Shown here: positions 11,810-21,066 of the stretch, one piece after another
How the letters are laid out: the number at the start of each line of letters is the position of its first letter
How positions within the stretch are numbered: the first letter of the stretch is position 1
Assembly (NCBI GenBank): GCA_051866635.1
Contig: JBJDXJ010000031.1
Coordinates: 1 to 39,508 of the forward strand
DNA length: 39,508 nucleotides
DNA from: Clostridia bacterium
GTDB taxonomy: Bacteria > Bacillota > Clostridia > UMGS1883
Direction: 5' to 3'
Made by a program: the position numbers and the translations under genes
Notes under the pieces: generated by a model
Databases searched by the model: none
Told to the model about the DNA's origin: nothing
The model's input: only the letters and a program-made list of their open reading frames with translations

Positions 11810-12208
11810 ATGGCTAAAGCAGTTAAGAAGACAGCCGTTCGTAAGAGACGCGAACGTAAGAACATTGAACGTGGTGCAGCACATATCAGAAGCACATTTA
11901 ACAACACAATCGTTACAATTACAGACGTTAACGGTAATGCTCTTTCCTGGGCATCCGCAGGCGGACTTGGTTTCAGAGGCTCCAGAAAGAGCACTCCCTT
12001 TGCTGCACAGATGGCAGCAGAAACAGCAGCAAAAGCTGCAATGGAACATGGCTTAAAGACAGTTGAAGTTTATGTTAAGGGCCCCGGTGCCGGTCGTGAA
12101 GCTGCAATTCGTGCACTTCAGGCAGCAGGTCTTGATGTAAGCCTCATTAAGGACGTAACACCCATTCCTCACAATGGTTGCCGTCCCCCCAAGAGAAGAA
12201 GAGTTTGA
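11810..12208 (+). CDS. rpsK: 30S ribosomal protein S11
   Basis: [39 protein letters not shown]. Confidence 0.99.
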   Translation: MAKAVKKTAVRKRRERKNIERGAAHIRSTFNNTIVTITDVNGNALSWASAGGLGFRGSRKSTPFAAQMAAETAAKAAMEHGLKTVEVYVKGPGAGREAAIRALQAAGLDVSLIKDVTPIPHNGCRPPKRRRV

Positions 12209-12229
12209 TTTAGAAGGAGGTTTACTGAT

Positions 12230-12826
12230 ATGGCTAAGAATACGCAACCCATTTTAAAGCGTTGCAGAACTTTGGGCATTGAACCCACAGTTATGGGCGT
12301 TGATAAGAAGAGCAACCGTAATCCCGGTGGCAACCAGAGAAAGAAGAAGAGCGAATACGCTATTCAGCTTAACGAAAAGCAGAAGGCAAAGTTTATCTAT
12401 GGCGTTCTTGAAAAGCAGTTCAGAAAGTACTTCACTATGGCTGAAAAGAAGGAAGGCATTGCCGGTGAAAACCTTCTCGCTATTCTTGAAAGCAGACTTG
12501 ATAATGTAATTTTCAGACTTGGTCTTGCTGATACACGTCGTCAGGCTCGTCAGATTGTTACACACGGTCACGTGCTTGTAAACGGCAAGCGTGTGGACAT
12601 TCCCTCCTACCTTGTTTCTGTAGGTGAGGTTGTTTCCCTTAAGGAATCCGTAGCAACAGGCGACTGGATGAAGGACATTGTTGAACGCAATTCTTCAAGA
12701 AGCGTTCCCCAGTGGCTCAGCTTGGATAAGAACACTCTTTCCGGTACAGTTACAGCTACTGCTAAGAGAGAAGATATCGACTACGAAATCAACGAAACAC
12801 TTATCGTCGAACTCTACTCCAAGTAA
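12230..12826 (+). CDS. rpsD: 30S ribosomal protein S4
   Basis: LESRLDNV, RQARQIVTHGH, IVELYSK. Confidence 0.98.
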   Translation: MAKNTQPILKRCRTLGIEPTVMGVDKKSNRNPGGNQRKKKSEYAIQLNEKQKAKFIYGVLEKQFRKYFTMAEKKEGIAGENLLAILESRLDNVIFRLGLADTRRQARQIVTHGHVLVNGKRVDIPSYLVSVGEVVSLKESVATGDWMKDIVERNSSRSVPQWLSLDKNTLSGTVTATAKREDIDYEINETLIVELYSK

Positions 12827-12921
12827 TAGCAAGGTCCGGGTGCATTGAACACATTGGGTTCAACTCACTTTGACCTATCCCGACACTATGTAACAAATAA
12901 ATATATAGGAGGGTGTATTAG

Positions 12922-13878
12922 TTGAACGATTTAAGATTTGAAAAACCCCGTATTGAGAAGGTTGAACAGTCCGAGGACTGCTCTTACGGTAAATATACCG
13001 TGGCTCCGCTTCAGCGCGGCTATGGTACAACCCTCGGAAACTCACTGAGGAGAATGATGCTTTCAAGCCTTGAAGGTGCTGCTGTTACTTCTATTAAGAT
13101 TAACGGTGTTCAGCATGAGTTTTCCACAATTCCCGGCGTTAAGGAAGATGTATCCGAAATCGTGCTTAACATAAAGCAGATTATAATCAAGCTCCACAGC
13201 GATGGTCCAAAGACTGTACGCATCGAAGCTAACGGTACAATGGACCTTACTGCAGGTGATATTATCCGCGATGCTGATGTTGAAATCCTTAACCCCGATC
13301 TCCATCTTGCAACTTTAAACGAAGATGCATCATTGTATATGGAGCTTACCATTGACCGCGGCAGAGGTTATGCATCCGCTGAAAAGAATAAGGCTATGGG
13401 CCAGCCTCTTATCGGTCTTATTCCTGTGGATTCTATCTACACTCCTGTTCCCAAGGTAAACTACACTGTAGAAAATACCCGTGTAGGACAGGATGTTGAC
13501 TATGACAAACTCACAATTGAAGTTTGGACAAACGGCACAAAGACTGCAGATGAGGCAATCAGCCTTGCTGCAAAGATTATAAACGACCACATGATGCTCT
13601 TCATTCAGCTTACAGATGAAGCTATGAGCACTGAAACTATGGTCGAAAAGGAAGAAACCAAGAAAGAAAAAGTATTCGAAATGACTATCGAAGAACTTGA
13701 CCTTTCCGTTCGTTCTTACAACTGCTTGAAGAGAGCAGGCATCAACACCGTTGAAGACCTTACTCTCCGCAAGGAAGAAGAAATGATGAAGGTTAGAAAC
13801 CTTGGCAGAAAGAGTCTTGACGAAGTATTTAACAAGCTTCAGGCTCTTGGTCTTTCCTTTGCTCCCGATGAGGACTAA
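12922..13878 (+). CDS. rpoA: RNA polymerase subunit alpha
   Basis: TTG start after AGGAGG; [35 protein letters not shown]. Confidence 0.99.
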   Translation: MNDLRFEKPRIEKVEQSEDCSYGKYTVAPLQRGYGTTLGNSLRRMMLSSLEGAAVTSIKINGVQHEFSTIPGVKEDVSEIVLNIKQIIIKLHSDGPKTVRIEANGTMDLTAGDIIRDADVEILNPDLHLATLNEDASLYMELTIDRGRGYASAEKNKAMGQPLIGLIPVDSIYTPVPKVNYTVENTRVGQDVDYDKLTIEVWTNGTKTADEAISLAAKIINDHMMLFIQLTDEAMSTETMVEKEETKKEKVFEMTIEELDLSVRSYNCLKRAGINTVEDLTLRKEEEMMKVRNLGRKSLDEVFNKLQALGLSFAPDED

Positions 13879-13902
13879 TAGTTTATAAGGAGGTACGAAA
13901 CA

Positions 13903-14244
13903 ATGGGTACAAGAAAATTAGGCCGTCCTACCGACCAAAGAATAGCTATGCTTCGTAACTTAGTTACTTCTTTGCTTGAAAACGGTAAAATTGAAACTAC
14001 AGTTACACGTGCTAAGGAAGTTCGTTCTCTTGCTGAAAAGATGATTACTCTCGGTAAGACAAACACACTTCATTCCCGTCGTCAGGCTCTCTCATTCATC
14101 ACAAAAGAGTCTGTTGTAACAAAGGTTTTTGAAGAACTCGCTCCTAAGTATGCTGACCGTAACGGTGGCTACACAAGAATAGTTAAAACAGGCGCTCGCC
14201 GTGGTGACAATGCTCCCACAGCAATAATTGCCCTTGTTGACTAA
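13903..14244 (+). CDS. rplQ: 50S ribosomal protein L17
   Basis: [34 protein letters not shown]. Confidence 0.99.
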   Translation: MGTRKLGRPTDQRIAMLRNLVTSLLENGKIETTVTRAKEVRSLAEKMITLGKTNTLHSRRQALSFITKESVVTKVFEELAPKYADRNGGYTRIVKTGARRGDNAPTAIIALVD

Positions 14245-14255
14245 TTAAAAAATAC

Positions 14256-14287
14256 AGGTGTTGCAAACGCAACACCTTATTTTTTTT
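14256..14287 (+). terminator. Intrinsic terminator of the ribosomal operon
   Basis: AGGTGTTGC-aaac-GCAACACCT stem followed by T-rich tract. Confidence 0.85.
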
Positions 14288-14322
14288 CAAGAGCAAGCCC
14301 TCTTCGCTCTTCTCTTTCCCTC

Positions 14323-14415
14323 AAATGTAGGGGACGGCGTCCTCGACGTCCCGTAAATATTACGATGCAACTGCCTTTATCCTATATGACGGTGTCCTCG
14401 ATGTCCCCTACATTT
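14323..14415. repeat. Inverted doublet of GTAG-type REP-like palindromes
   Basis: Outer 13-bp perfect IR AAATGTAGGGGAC/GTCCCCTACATTT; each half carries GACGGYGTCCTCGAYGTCCC. Confidence 0.7.
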
Positions 14416-14507
14416 TCCCCTTAAAAATTGCTAAATTGTGTCCCCTGTAAGGGCAAACTACAATATATAGAAACGTAAAAAAAATACCATAAAATTCAAC
14501 TTTATAG

Positions 14508-14536
14508 TTGACTTTTGGATTAAACAGGTGTAATAT
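14508..14536 (+). promoter_or_regulatory. SigmaA-type promoter of the large surface-protein gene
   Basis: TTGACT-17 bp-TAATAT with AT-rich upstream tract. Confidence 0.6.
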
Positions 14537-14739
14537 TATTATGTGTGATACCCTGATAATGGTGTAGAATCGTTAAATTGGGTTCATATCTTAAATGACT
14601 TTAATTTTGGAGCAAGGAATGTCAGGAAACTTTGAGGTCGACAGGGTGGATATTCCTCCGTTCCGCATCCGGGATGATGTTTTTATCCCAATATCAGAAC
14701 AGTCGGATGACTGAAATAAAAAATTTGGAGGAATTAAAA

Positions 14740-17700
14740 ATGAAACTTAAAAAGATTTTAGCTCTTGCAGTTTCCCTTGCAATGGTACTTACAATGGTAC
14801 CGGCTTTCAGCCTTGTTGCAAATGCTGCAGGGACTACAGGCGTTATTGACGCTCTTGGCGGCAGTGTTCTTTGGGCTTGCCCCGACGGCAGCTTCAACGA
14901 CACAGCTATCGGAACAGCTTTTTCCGGCTGGTCATCCAGCATTACAAGCGGTTATGTAAATGTTAAAACATATTCCGTAGGTAACGTTATTCAGTACTAT
15001 GTAAACGGTACAGCTAACGTAACAACAATCACTTCTCCCGGCTACGGCGGTGAAGGTGAAGATGCCCTTGTTATTGAATGGATAATGAAGAGACAGAATC
15101 CTTCCGATTTGTACTTCGACTTCTCCTTTACAGATAAGAACGGCACAGAAATTGCTTTCTTAAAGCTCGATAAGAACTACACATCTGTTACAGGCGAGTA
15201 CTACATGGGTTATCCCGCAGAAGGTACAGACTGTGCTATCGTTGCAACAAACAATGGCGACGGTACTCATAAGGTTGAATACTATGTAGCAGGTTCCGTT
15301 GTATCTACAATTGCAAGTAAAGAGGGTGAAATCTCCGGCTTCGGCGGTATCACATCTTCTAACGGCCGTTGGTCCACAGCTTGGAACCATATCGGTTTTG
15401 CTAACCTTACAATCGGTGCTGTTTCTTTCTCCGCAACAAAGGTTGACGTTACAGCTACATACACTGCAAACGGCGAAACAGTTAAAACAGCTACAGGCAG
15501 CTACGATACCGAAAAGGGTGAAACAGGCAAAACATTTGACGCATACAGCTATTCCGCAAACGGCAGCAATGTTATGTACCACACAGATGGCGCAACTCTT
15601 TCCGAAAGCGGCGACATTGTAATGGATGTTGTTACAAACAACGGTACATACGCTTTGGGCGAGTGCTTTATGTATGATAGTTCTGCTTATGAAGTTGCTT
15701 CCGGCAACCTTGTTCCCAACGGTGACTTTGCTTACGGCACAGCAGGCTGGTACAATGGTGCAGGCGGTCAGGCAGGCTTCTTCGCCTCTAACGGTGACGG
15801 CACTATGACCCTTACAGCAGGCGGTACAGGTGCAGGCGGCGACAACTCTCTTTACAGAGCATGGGCAATTGAAACAGGTAAGACATACCTCTTCACATTT
15901 GACGCAAGTGCTACAAACGGATATGATAAAGTTTCTGTAAAGGACGACATCTCTGCAACAGCAGACGGTACAGTTATTCTTGACGGCGGCAAAGCAGGCA
16001 CAAACCAGATTATATTTACAGCTGCAAACAGCTATATCCAGGTTAACTTCCGCTGGCTCGGTTCCGGCGACAAGTTCGGTAACTTCGGTCTTTATGAATT
16101 GGCTGACGCTTCCGCTAAGGTAGCTTCCACAACAATTAAGTTTGTTGATGCTGAAGGTACAGAACTTCAGACTGCTAAGACAGTAGCAGGCTTTATCGGC
16201 GATGTTATTGACCTTACAGATACAGCAGTTGTTCCCGAAACAATCACATATAACGGCAATCTTTATTCTAAAGATGCTTCCAACCCTGCAAGCCATACAG
16301 TTGCTACAGCAGCAGATGAAGTTACAGTTACATATTCTACCGACGCTGTAACAAGCATTTCTACAGCTTCCGCAACAGTTATCGACGGTCACACACCCCT
16401 TCTTCCCACAACACTTGCCGCTACAACAGGTACAGGTGCTGAAACTACTGTTAATGTAACTTCTTGGGATACATCTTCTCTTACAGTGGGTTCTAACACT
16501 GTTTACGGTACAGTTGAAGGTCTTGAACTTAAGGCAGAAGCTACAGTAACTGTTCTTCCCGAAACATTTGCACTTGCTGACAAGACAACTGTTAACGGTC
16601 AGACAGAAGCAAACAACAATGTAACAGCATTCCCTGCTTCTATTACAGACAGCTTCGTAATGGAAATGGACATTGTTGTTGAATCTTACGGCGACCTGTT
16701 CATCACATTAAAGACAGCAGCTGACACAGGCTTCTTCGGTCCTGAACAGATAGCTCTTGGTTTTGAAAAGAATTCCGGCGCATTCCGCCCTGTAAACGGT
16801 AACGGTTCCGGCGGCAGAACAACAGCAGATGCTGACTTGTTTGCAATCACCGCAGGTACTACATACCACCTTCAGGTAGTTTCCGATCCTGCACAGCATA
16901 AGTACACAGCAACAATTTTTGACGATAACGGCAATTCTGCTGTAGCTGAAAACTTTGGTTACAGAACAAACGCTGATTCTATCGGCTACCTTGCTATGCT
17001 TACAAATAACGGTGCAGGCGCTATCACAGCAACAAGCATTAAGGTTTACAATGCAACACTTGAAGCAAGCAAGGCTGAATACACAGTTGTAACAATTGTT
17101 GACGGCGTTGAAGAATCAAGAACAACAGGCACATTTATTTCCGCAGATGCGATTACAGCAGCTGAACGTGAAGGCTACGTTCTCACAAAGACAGTTGAAG
17201 GCAACACAGTAACATTTACTTATGTTTCCACAAAGACTGTTGACGTTAAGTTTGTAAATGCAAATGATGACGTTATCTACTCTGATTCTCAGGTAGTATC
17301 AAAGGACGGTAGCTTTACAGTTTCTGCAATGGAAATCTTTGCTCTTGATGCTTCCTATAACGGTGCATTCTACCAGATCCCCGAAACAGTAGTTGACGTA
17401 GCAAACATGGTAGTTGTAGTTTCCGAAACAGCTAACAAGTATGCCGCAATGGAAGATATGCTTGTTTCCGATAACGAAGTTTGGGGTATGAAGGCTACTA
17501 ACAGTAACAGCGTATTCGTTGCTGCCGGTGCAGATGCTAACCGCGGTCCCGAATATGATGCTAACGGCGCTTCAGTTACAGACGGTAGCCATACACCTTC
17601 ATTACTTGGTAAGTCTCGTGTAGGCTTCTTCCAGTTCCCTGTTGTTGACGTAACAGAAGGAGCTAAAGTAACAGCTAACTTCTACGTTCGTACATGGCAT

Positions 17701-18999
17701 GGTAACGGTTTCTCTAACGGAAACACATCACTTCGTCTTGCAGCTACAGTTATAAATGACGACAGCTGGACAACACTTACTGACGGTGGCGATTACGACA
17801 GTGCAAACGCTCCCGTGTTTGAAGGTTGGACATCACCCATCTTCTCAAATGCACACGGTAATTATAACGACTATATCACATTTGATATTACAGAAGCTAT
17901 GATGGCAGCAAAGTCTGCAGGTCTTACAACAATCACACTTCGTCTTAACACAGGTTGGGGTGCTGCATACATTGCAGAACGTGAAGCCGCTGTATTAGGC
18001 GGTGCATACGAAGGCAAGGCTGCATACATTGAAGTTTCCGACGCAGGTCTTGTTAAGGTAACTGCAGACGGTGCGGCTGAACTTACAAAGAACGGTTCTT
18101 CCATGAACGGTGTTGCATACGTTGCGGCAACAGACGATGTTCGTCTTAATGCAACAGGTGCAATCGTAGTTAGCACAGACGCAGGTTACTACTATGCTAA
18201 CAAGGCAATGTCAATTGACACAGCTACAGACTTTGCAAATACAGAACCTAAGGGTCTTGGTCTTGCAATGGTTGATGGTGCTCAGGTAAGAATTGGTGAG
18301 GGTACAGATGAAGACGGTAAGCTTCTTGCCGATTCCGGTCTCCGTTTCCTTGCAACAGCAGATAAGACCGATACAGTTGTTGGCGATGGTGTTGAATTCG
18401 GTATTAAGTTAACAGCAGACGGTTCAAGCTCTCCTGCATACGTCAAGGCTACAAACTTCCAGGATGAAGCAGGATCTGTATTCTCCGTAGCTATCACAAA
18501 CCTTAGTGCAGGTAACTACAACCGTCCTTACACAGCTACAGCTTACGCAAAGGTTACAATGGCAGACGATTCAGAAGTAGAATTCAATTCCGCTTCCTCC
18601 GTAACAAGAAGTATTTACCAGGTATCAGCAGGTATTATGAAGAACAACGTATTGGACGGTGGCGAATATGCAAACGCTGTCAACAGTACAATAATAGACG
18701 TTCTTAACGCTTACATCAACAGTGTTGGTGTACGTGTTGACCGTGGTGAAACATGGACAGCAGACGATGTTTACACAGGTGATGTATTCTTCACAGTTTC
18801 TTCCGTAACAGACGGTGACGTAACAACAGTTACAGTAACTCCCGATGATACATGGGCTAACCCTGTTAAGATCGCTTCTTGGTGGAAGGACTATGTAAGA
18901 GTTAACAACAACCATTCTACAGCAGTTAATTACATTGAAGGTGCTGTAGATGAAAACGGCGTTCTTACATTTACATTCACAGTTCCCGCTTCTGAATAA
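14740..18999 (+). CDS. Large secreted multidomain cell-surface protein (1419 aa)
   Basis: ATG 14740 after GGAGG; Sec signal MKLKKILALAVSLAMVLTMVPAFSLVANA; Thr/Ala/Gly-rich; motifs judged by eye as CBM-like (NLVPNGDF), MucBP-like (TIKFVDAEGTEL) and Ig-like (PLLPTT...VTSW). Confidence 0.85.
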   Translation: MKLKKILALAVSLAMVLTMVPAFSLVANAAGTTGVIDALGGSVLWACPDGSFNDTAIGTAFSGWSSSITSGYVNVKTYSVGNVIQYYVNGTANVTTITSPGYGGEGEDALVIEWIMKRQNPSDLYFDFSFTDKNGTEIAFLKLDKNYTSVTGEYYMGYPAEGTDCAIVATNNGDGTHKVEYYVAGSVVSTIASKEGEISGFGGITSSNGRWSTAWNHIGFANLTIGAVSFSATKVDVTATYTANGETVKTATGSYDTEKGETGKTFDAYSYSANGSNVMYHTDGATLSESGDIVMDVVTNNGTYALGECFMYDSSAYEVASGNLVPNGDFAYGTAGWYNGAGGQAGFFASNGDGTMTLTAGGTGAGGDNSLYRAWAIETGKTYLFTFDASATNGYDKVSVKDDISATADGTVILDGGKAGTNQIIFTAANSYIQVNFRWLGSGDKFGNFGLYELADASAKVASTTIKFVDAEGTELQTAKTVAGFIGDVIDLTDTAVVPETITYNGNLYSKDASNPASHTVATAADEVTVTYSTDAVTSISTASATVIDGHTPLLPTTLAATTGTGAETTVNVTSWDTSSLTVGSNTVYGTVEGLELKAEATVTVLPETFALADKTTVNGQTEANNNVTAFPASITDSFVMEMDIVVESYGDLFITLKTAADTGFFGPEQIALGFEKNSGAFRPVNGNGSGGRTTADADLFAITAGTTYHLQVVSDPAQHKYTATIFDDNGNSAVAENFGYRTNADSIGYLAMLTNNGAGAITATSIKVYNATLEASKAEYTVVTIVDGVEESRTTGTFISADAITAAEREGYVLTKTVEGNTVTFTYVSTKTVDVKFVNANDDVIYSDSQVVSKDGSFTVSAMEIFALDASYNGAFYQIPETVVDVANMVVVVSETANKYAAMEDMLVSDNEVWGMKATNSNSVFVAAGADANRGPEYDANGASVTDGSHTPSLLGKSRVGFFQFPVVDVTEGAKVTANFYVRTWHGNGFSNGNTSLRLAATVINDDSWTTLTDGGDYDSANAPVFEGWTSPIFSNAHGNYNDYITFDITEAMMAAKSAGLTTITLRLNTGWGAAYIAEREAAVLGGAYEGKAAYIEVSDAGLVKVTADGAAELTKNGSSMNGVAYVAATDDVRLNATGAIVVSTDAGYYYANKAMSIDTATDFANTEPKGLGLAMVDGAQVRIGEGTDEDGKLLADSGLRFLATADKTDTVVGDGVEFGIKLTADGSSSPAYVKATNFQDEAGSVFSVAITNLSAGNYNRPYTATAYAKVTMADDSEVEFNSASSVTRSIYQVSAGIMKNNVLDGGEYANAVNSTIIDVLNAYINSVGVRVDRGETWTADDVYTGDVFFTVSSVTDGDVTTVTVTPDDTWANPVKIASWWKDYVRVNNNHSTAVNYIEGAVDENGVLTFTFTVPASE

Positions 19000-19041
19000 T
19001 CAGTAAGCGTGAAATATATAGAATAGAGAGGATGATACCCG

Positions 19042-19200
19042 ATGAAGAAGAAATATATTTCACCTCTTTTTGCAGAACTTGAACTTGAGCTTGAAGATGT
19101 TTTGTTTGACAGCACACTCGATAACGAAGGCGGCGATGACGACTTCGGTGACGGCGATCCCGAAGGCGGCTTTGACGCAGAAGAAGACTTCGCAATTTAA
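19042..19200 (+). CDS. 52-aa acidic small protein with MKKxYxxP N-terminus (absent from ORF track)
   Basis: RBS AGAGGA; MKKKYISPLFAELELELEDVLFDSTLDNEGGDDDFGDGDPEGGFDAEEDFAI; lies before the terminator. Confidence 0.75.
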   Translation: MKKKYISPLFAELELELEDVLFDSTLDNEGGDDDFGDGDPEGGFDAEEDFAI

Positions 19201-19243
19201 GCTTATAACTCTGTTTAAGAGGCAGAATTGGATGAAATCCACT

Positions 19244-19277
19244 AAAAAAGGCGACACATTTGTGTCGCCTTTTTTTT
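19244..19277. terminator. Bidirectional intrinsic terminator
   Basis: AAAAAAGGCGACACA-tt-TGTGTCGCCTTTTTTTT between convergent genes. Confidence 0.9.
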
Positions 19278-19291
19278 CACACATAAGAATA

Positions 19292-19353
19292 TACCATTTA
19301 CCACTGGGGACGGGTTAGTATTCACACTAACCCGTCCCCAGTGGTAAATGGTA
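19292..19353. repeat. Perfect 28-bp inverted repeat with 6-nt loop
   Basis: TACCATTTACCACTGGGGACGGGTTAGT-attcac-ACTAACCCGTCCCCAGTGGTAAATGGTA. Confidence 0.9.
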
Positions 19354-19360
19354 AATAATT

Positions 19361-19864
19361 TTAAAGGAAATCTATTTCGTCTATCATACGTGAAAAGGAC
19401 TCTAAAAACTGTTTGCCATGTAAATCTTTAATAAGCTCTGTCCCTACCTTTTCCACAGCAGAAACAAAATCAGGGTCAAAGTCTGTCAGGTACAACGCAC
19501 TCAAAGGGCACATGCCCTTTGCCCTCGGGTCAACAATAACGGTTAAATCCCCATCTTTATCTATGTAAGGCGTCAGTGGGAAAATCCTACAGGCAAGGGG
19601 TCTTAATTTTCTGTCACAAATGCCGTCACAGGAAAAAAGCGGTGCAAAGGAGCCCTGTGCATATTCAAAATCAGTTTCGCTTATTGCCGCCCATGATGGG
19701 ATTGGCTTGTAAACTTCCTCCTCACCGGGGAAAAGATACATTCCATCTCCATCCTTATCGCCCACACAACAGGCTTTGTTGCACGCCCTTCCGCAGTCGC
19801 CTTTAAGAGGTGTGTAATTGGCAATGATAGAGTAAATTTTATTATAAAACCCAATATATTCCAT
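19361..19864 (-). CDS. Cys-cluster (YkgJ-like, putative Fe-S/Zn chelating) protein
   Basis: Start MEYIGF after AAAGGAG; CGRACNKACC, CDGIC, RPLACRIFP motifs. Confidence 0.7.
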   Translation of the reverse strand: MEYIGFYNKIYSIIANYTPLKGDCGRACNKACCVGDKDGDGMYLFPGEEEVYKPIPSWAAISETDFEYAQGSFAPLFSCDGICDRKLRPLACRIFPLTPYIDKDGDLTVIVDPRAKGMCPLSALYLTDFDPDFVSAVEKVGTELIKDLHGKQFLESFSRMIDEIDFL

Positions 19865-20035
19865 GATAATCTCCTTTCTGTTTTGCATGGCATAAATTTA
19901 AAGTGTCCTATCCGTAAAGCATAATTATAAGAGTTTATTTTCCAATTTAGACATGGTAAATTCAAAGATAAAAATGATAACCCTTTTATCTAAAATATAA
20001 AGGGCAAATTCTCAAAGAAACTGCCCTTGTCAAAG

Positions 20036-20947
20036 TTATTGAAGATTGTATGGTGTGGTCTGGTATACAAAATAATTAAGCCAGTTGGAAAACAAAAGGT
20101 CATTGTGACTACGCCATGTGACAACAGGCCTTTTCTCAGGGTCGTTGTCGGGATAGTAATTTTTGGGAAGAGGAACATTGTCAAGCCCCTTTGCCATGTC
20201 ACGTTTATATTCCTTATCCAAAGTGTCAAATTCATATTCACTGTGACCTGTTACAAACACCTGGGAGTCGTCCTCGCTTTTTACAAGATACACACCGGCT
20301 TCATCGCTTACCGCCAGAATATTTAACTCCTTATGCTTTTCAATATCAGACTGCAAAACCGTTGTATGACGGGAGTGAGGTGCCATGAAAACCTCATCAA
20401 AACCACGCATAAGCCGTGAGGATTTGTAAAGATTTTTATGCTCAAAAACACCGAAAACCTTTTGAGGCAGAATAACCTTATTAATACCGTAAAAATAGTA
20501 AAGAGCCGCCTGTGCCGCCCAGCATATGAACAAACTGCTTGTAACATTTGTTTTTGACCAATCCAAAATCTCGGTCAATTCTTGCCAGTAGTCAACCTCC
20601 TCAAAAGGAATCATTTCAACAGGTGCACCTGTAATAATAAGAGCGTCGTAGCGGTTATGCTTTATTTCGGAAAAGGTGGTATAAAATGTGTCCAGATGCT
20701 TCTGAGAAGTATTTTTCGACTCATGTGAATCCATGCGGATGAAAATAGGCTCAATCTGCAATGGTGTATTTGACAGGGCACGAAGGAGTTGTGTTTCAGT
20801 AGCGATTTTCGTAGGCATGATGTTTGCAATAACGATTTTTAAGGGACGTATATCCTGACTGAGTGCCCTTTTTTCCGTCATAACAAATATATTTTCGCTT
20901 TGAAGCGTTTTTGTTGCAGGTAAATCGTTAGGTATTTTAATAGGCAT
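20036..20947 (-). CDS. metA: Homoserine O-acyltransferase MetA (probably acetyl-CoA specific)
   Basis: MPIKIP, QDIRPL, ITGAPVE (Glu at the specificity position), ICWAAQA catalytic Cys, APHSR, GHSEY. Confidence 0.95.
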   Translation of the reverse strand: MPIKIPNDLPATKTLQSENIFVMTEKRALSQDIRPLKIVIANIMPTKIATETQLLRALSNTPLQIEPIFIRMDSHESKNTSQKHLDTFYTTFSEIKHNRYDALIITGAPVEMIPFEEVDYWQELTEILDWSKTNVTSSLFICWAAQAALYYFYGINKVILPQKVFGVFEHKNLYKSSRLMRGFDEVFMAPHSRHTTVLQSDIEKHKELNILAVSDEAGVYLVKSEDDSQVFVTGHSEYEFDTLDKEYKRDMAKGLDNVPLPKNYYPDNDPEKRPVVTWRSHNDLLFSNWLNYFVYQTTPYNLQ

Positions 20948-20970
20948 AAAATCATTCCTTTCCTAACTGT

Positions 20971-20999
20971 ATTATATCTAAAAAATAGAGCTTAGTCAA
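20971..20999 (-). promoter_or_regulatory. SigmaA promoter for metA
   Basis: Minus strand TTGACT-17 bp-TATAAT. Confidence 0.8.
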
Positions 21000-21009
21000 C
21001 AATATATAG

Positions 21010-21038
21010 TTGACGGAAAAGATAGTTTAAGATAAAAT
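21010..21038 (+). promoter_or_regulatory. SigmaA promoter, divergent from the metA promoter
   Basis: TTGACG-17 bp-TAAAAT. Confidence 0.7.
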
Positions 21039-21066
21039 AAATATATCAAATTTTGGAGAATTGACT

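Noticed and set aside
499-14066. Many long antisense or alternate-frame ORFs over ribosomal genes (e.g. 1840-3072 minus, 728-1573 minus)
   Set aside because: Shadow ORFs of strongly biased coding sequence; no RBS or protein motifs
14609-14647. Glycine-riboswitch-like words GGAGCAA...GGAAACTTTGAGG
   Set aside because: Lacks the GGAGA and CCGAAG elements and CUCAGG; gene context does not fit
14632-14739. N-terminal extension of the large protein from the ORF track
   Set aside because: RBS and signal peptide fit ATG 14740; the upstream part is leader
15160-16392. 410-aa Cys-rich minus-strand ORF
   Set aside because: Antisense mirror of ACA/GCA codons in the surface-protein gene
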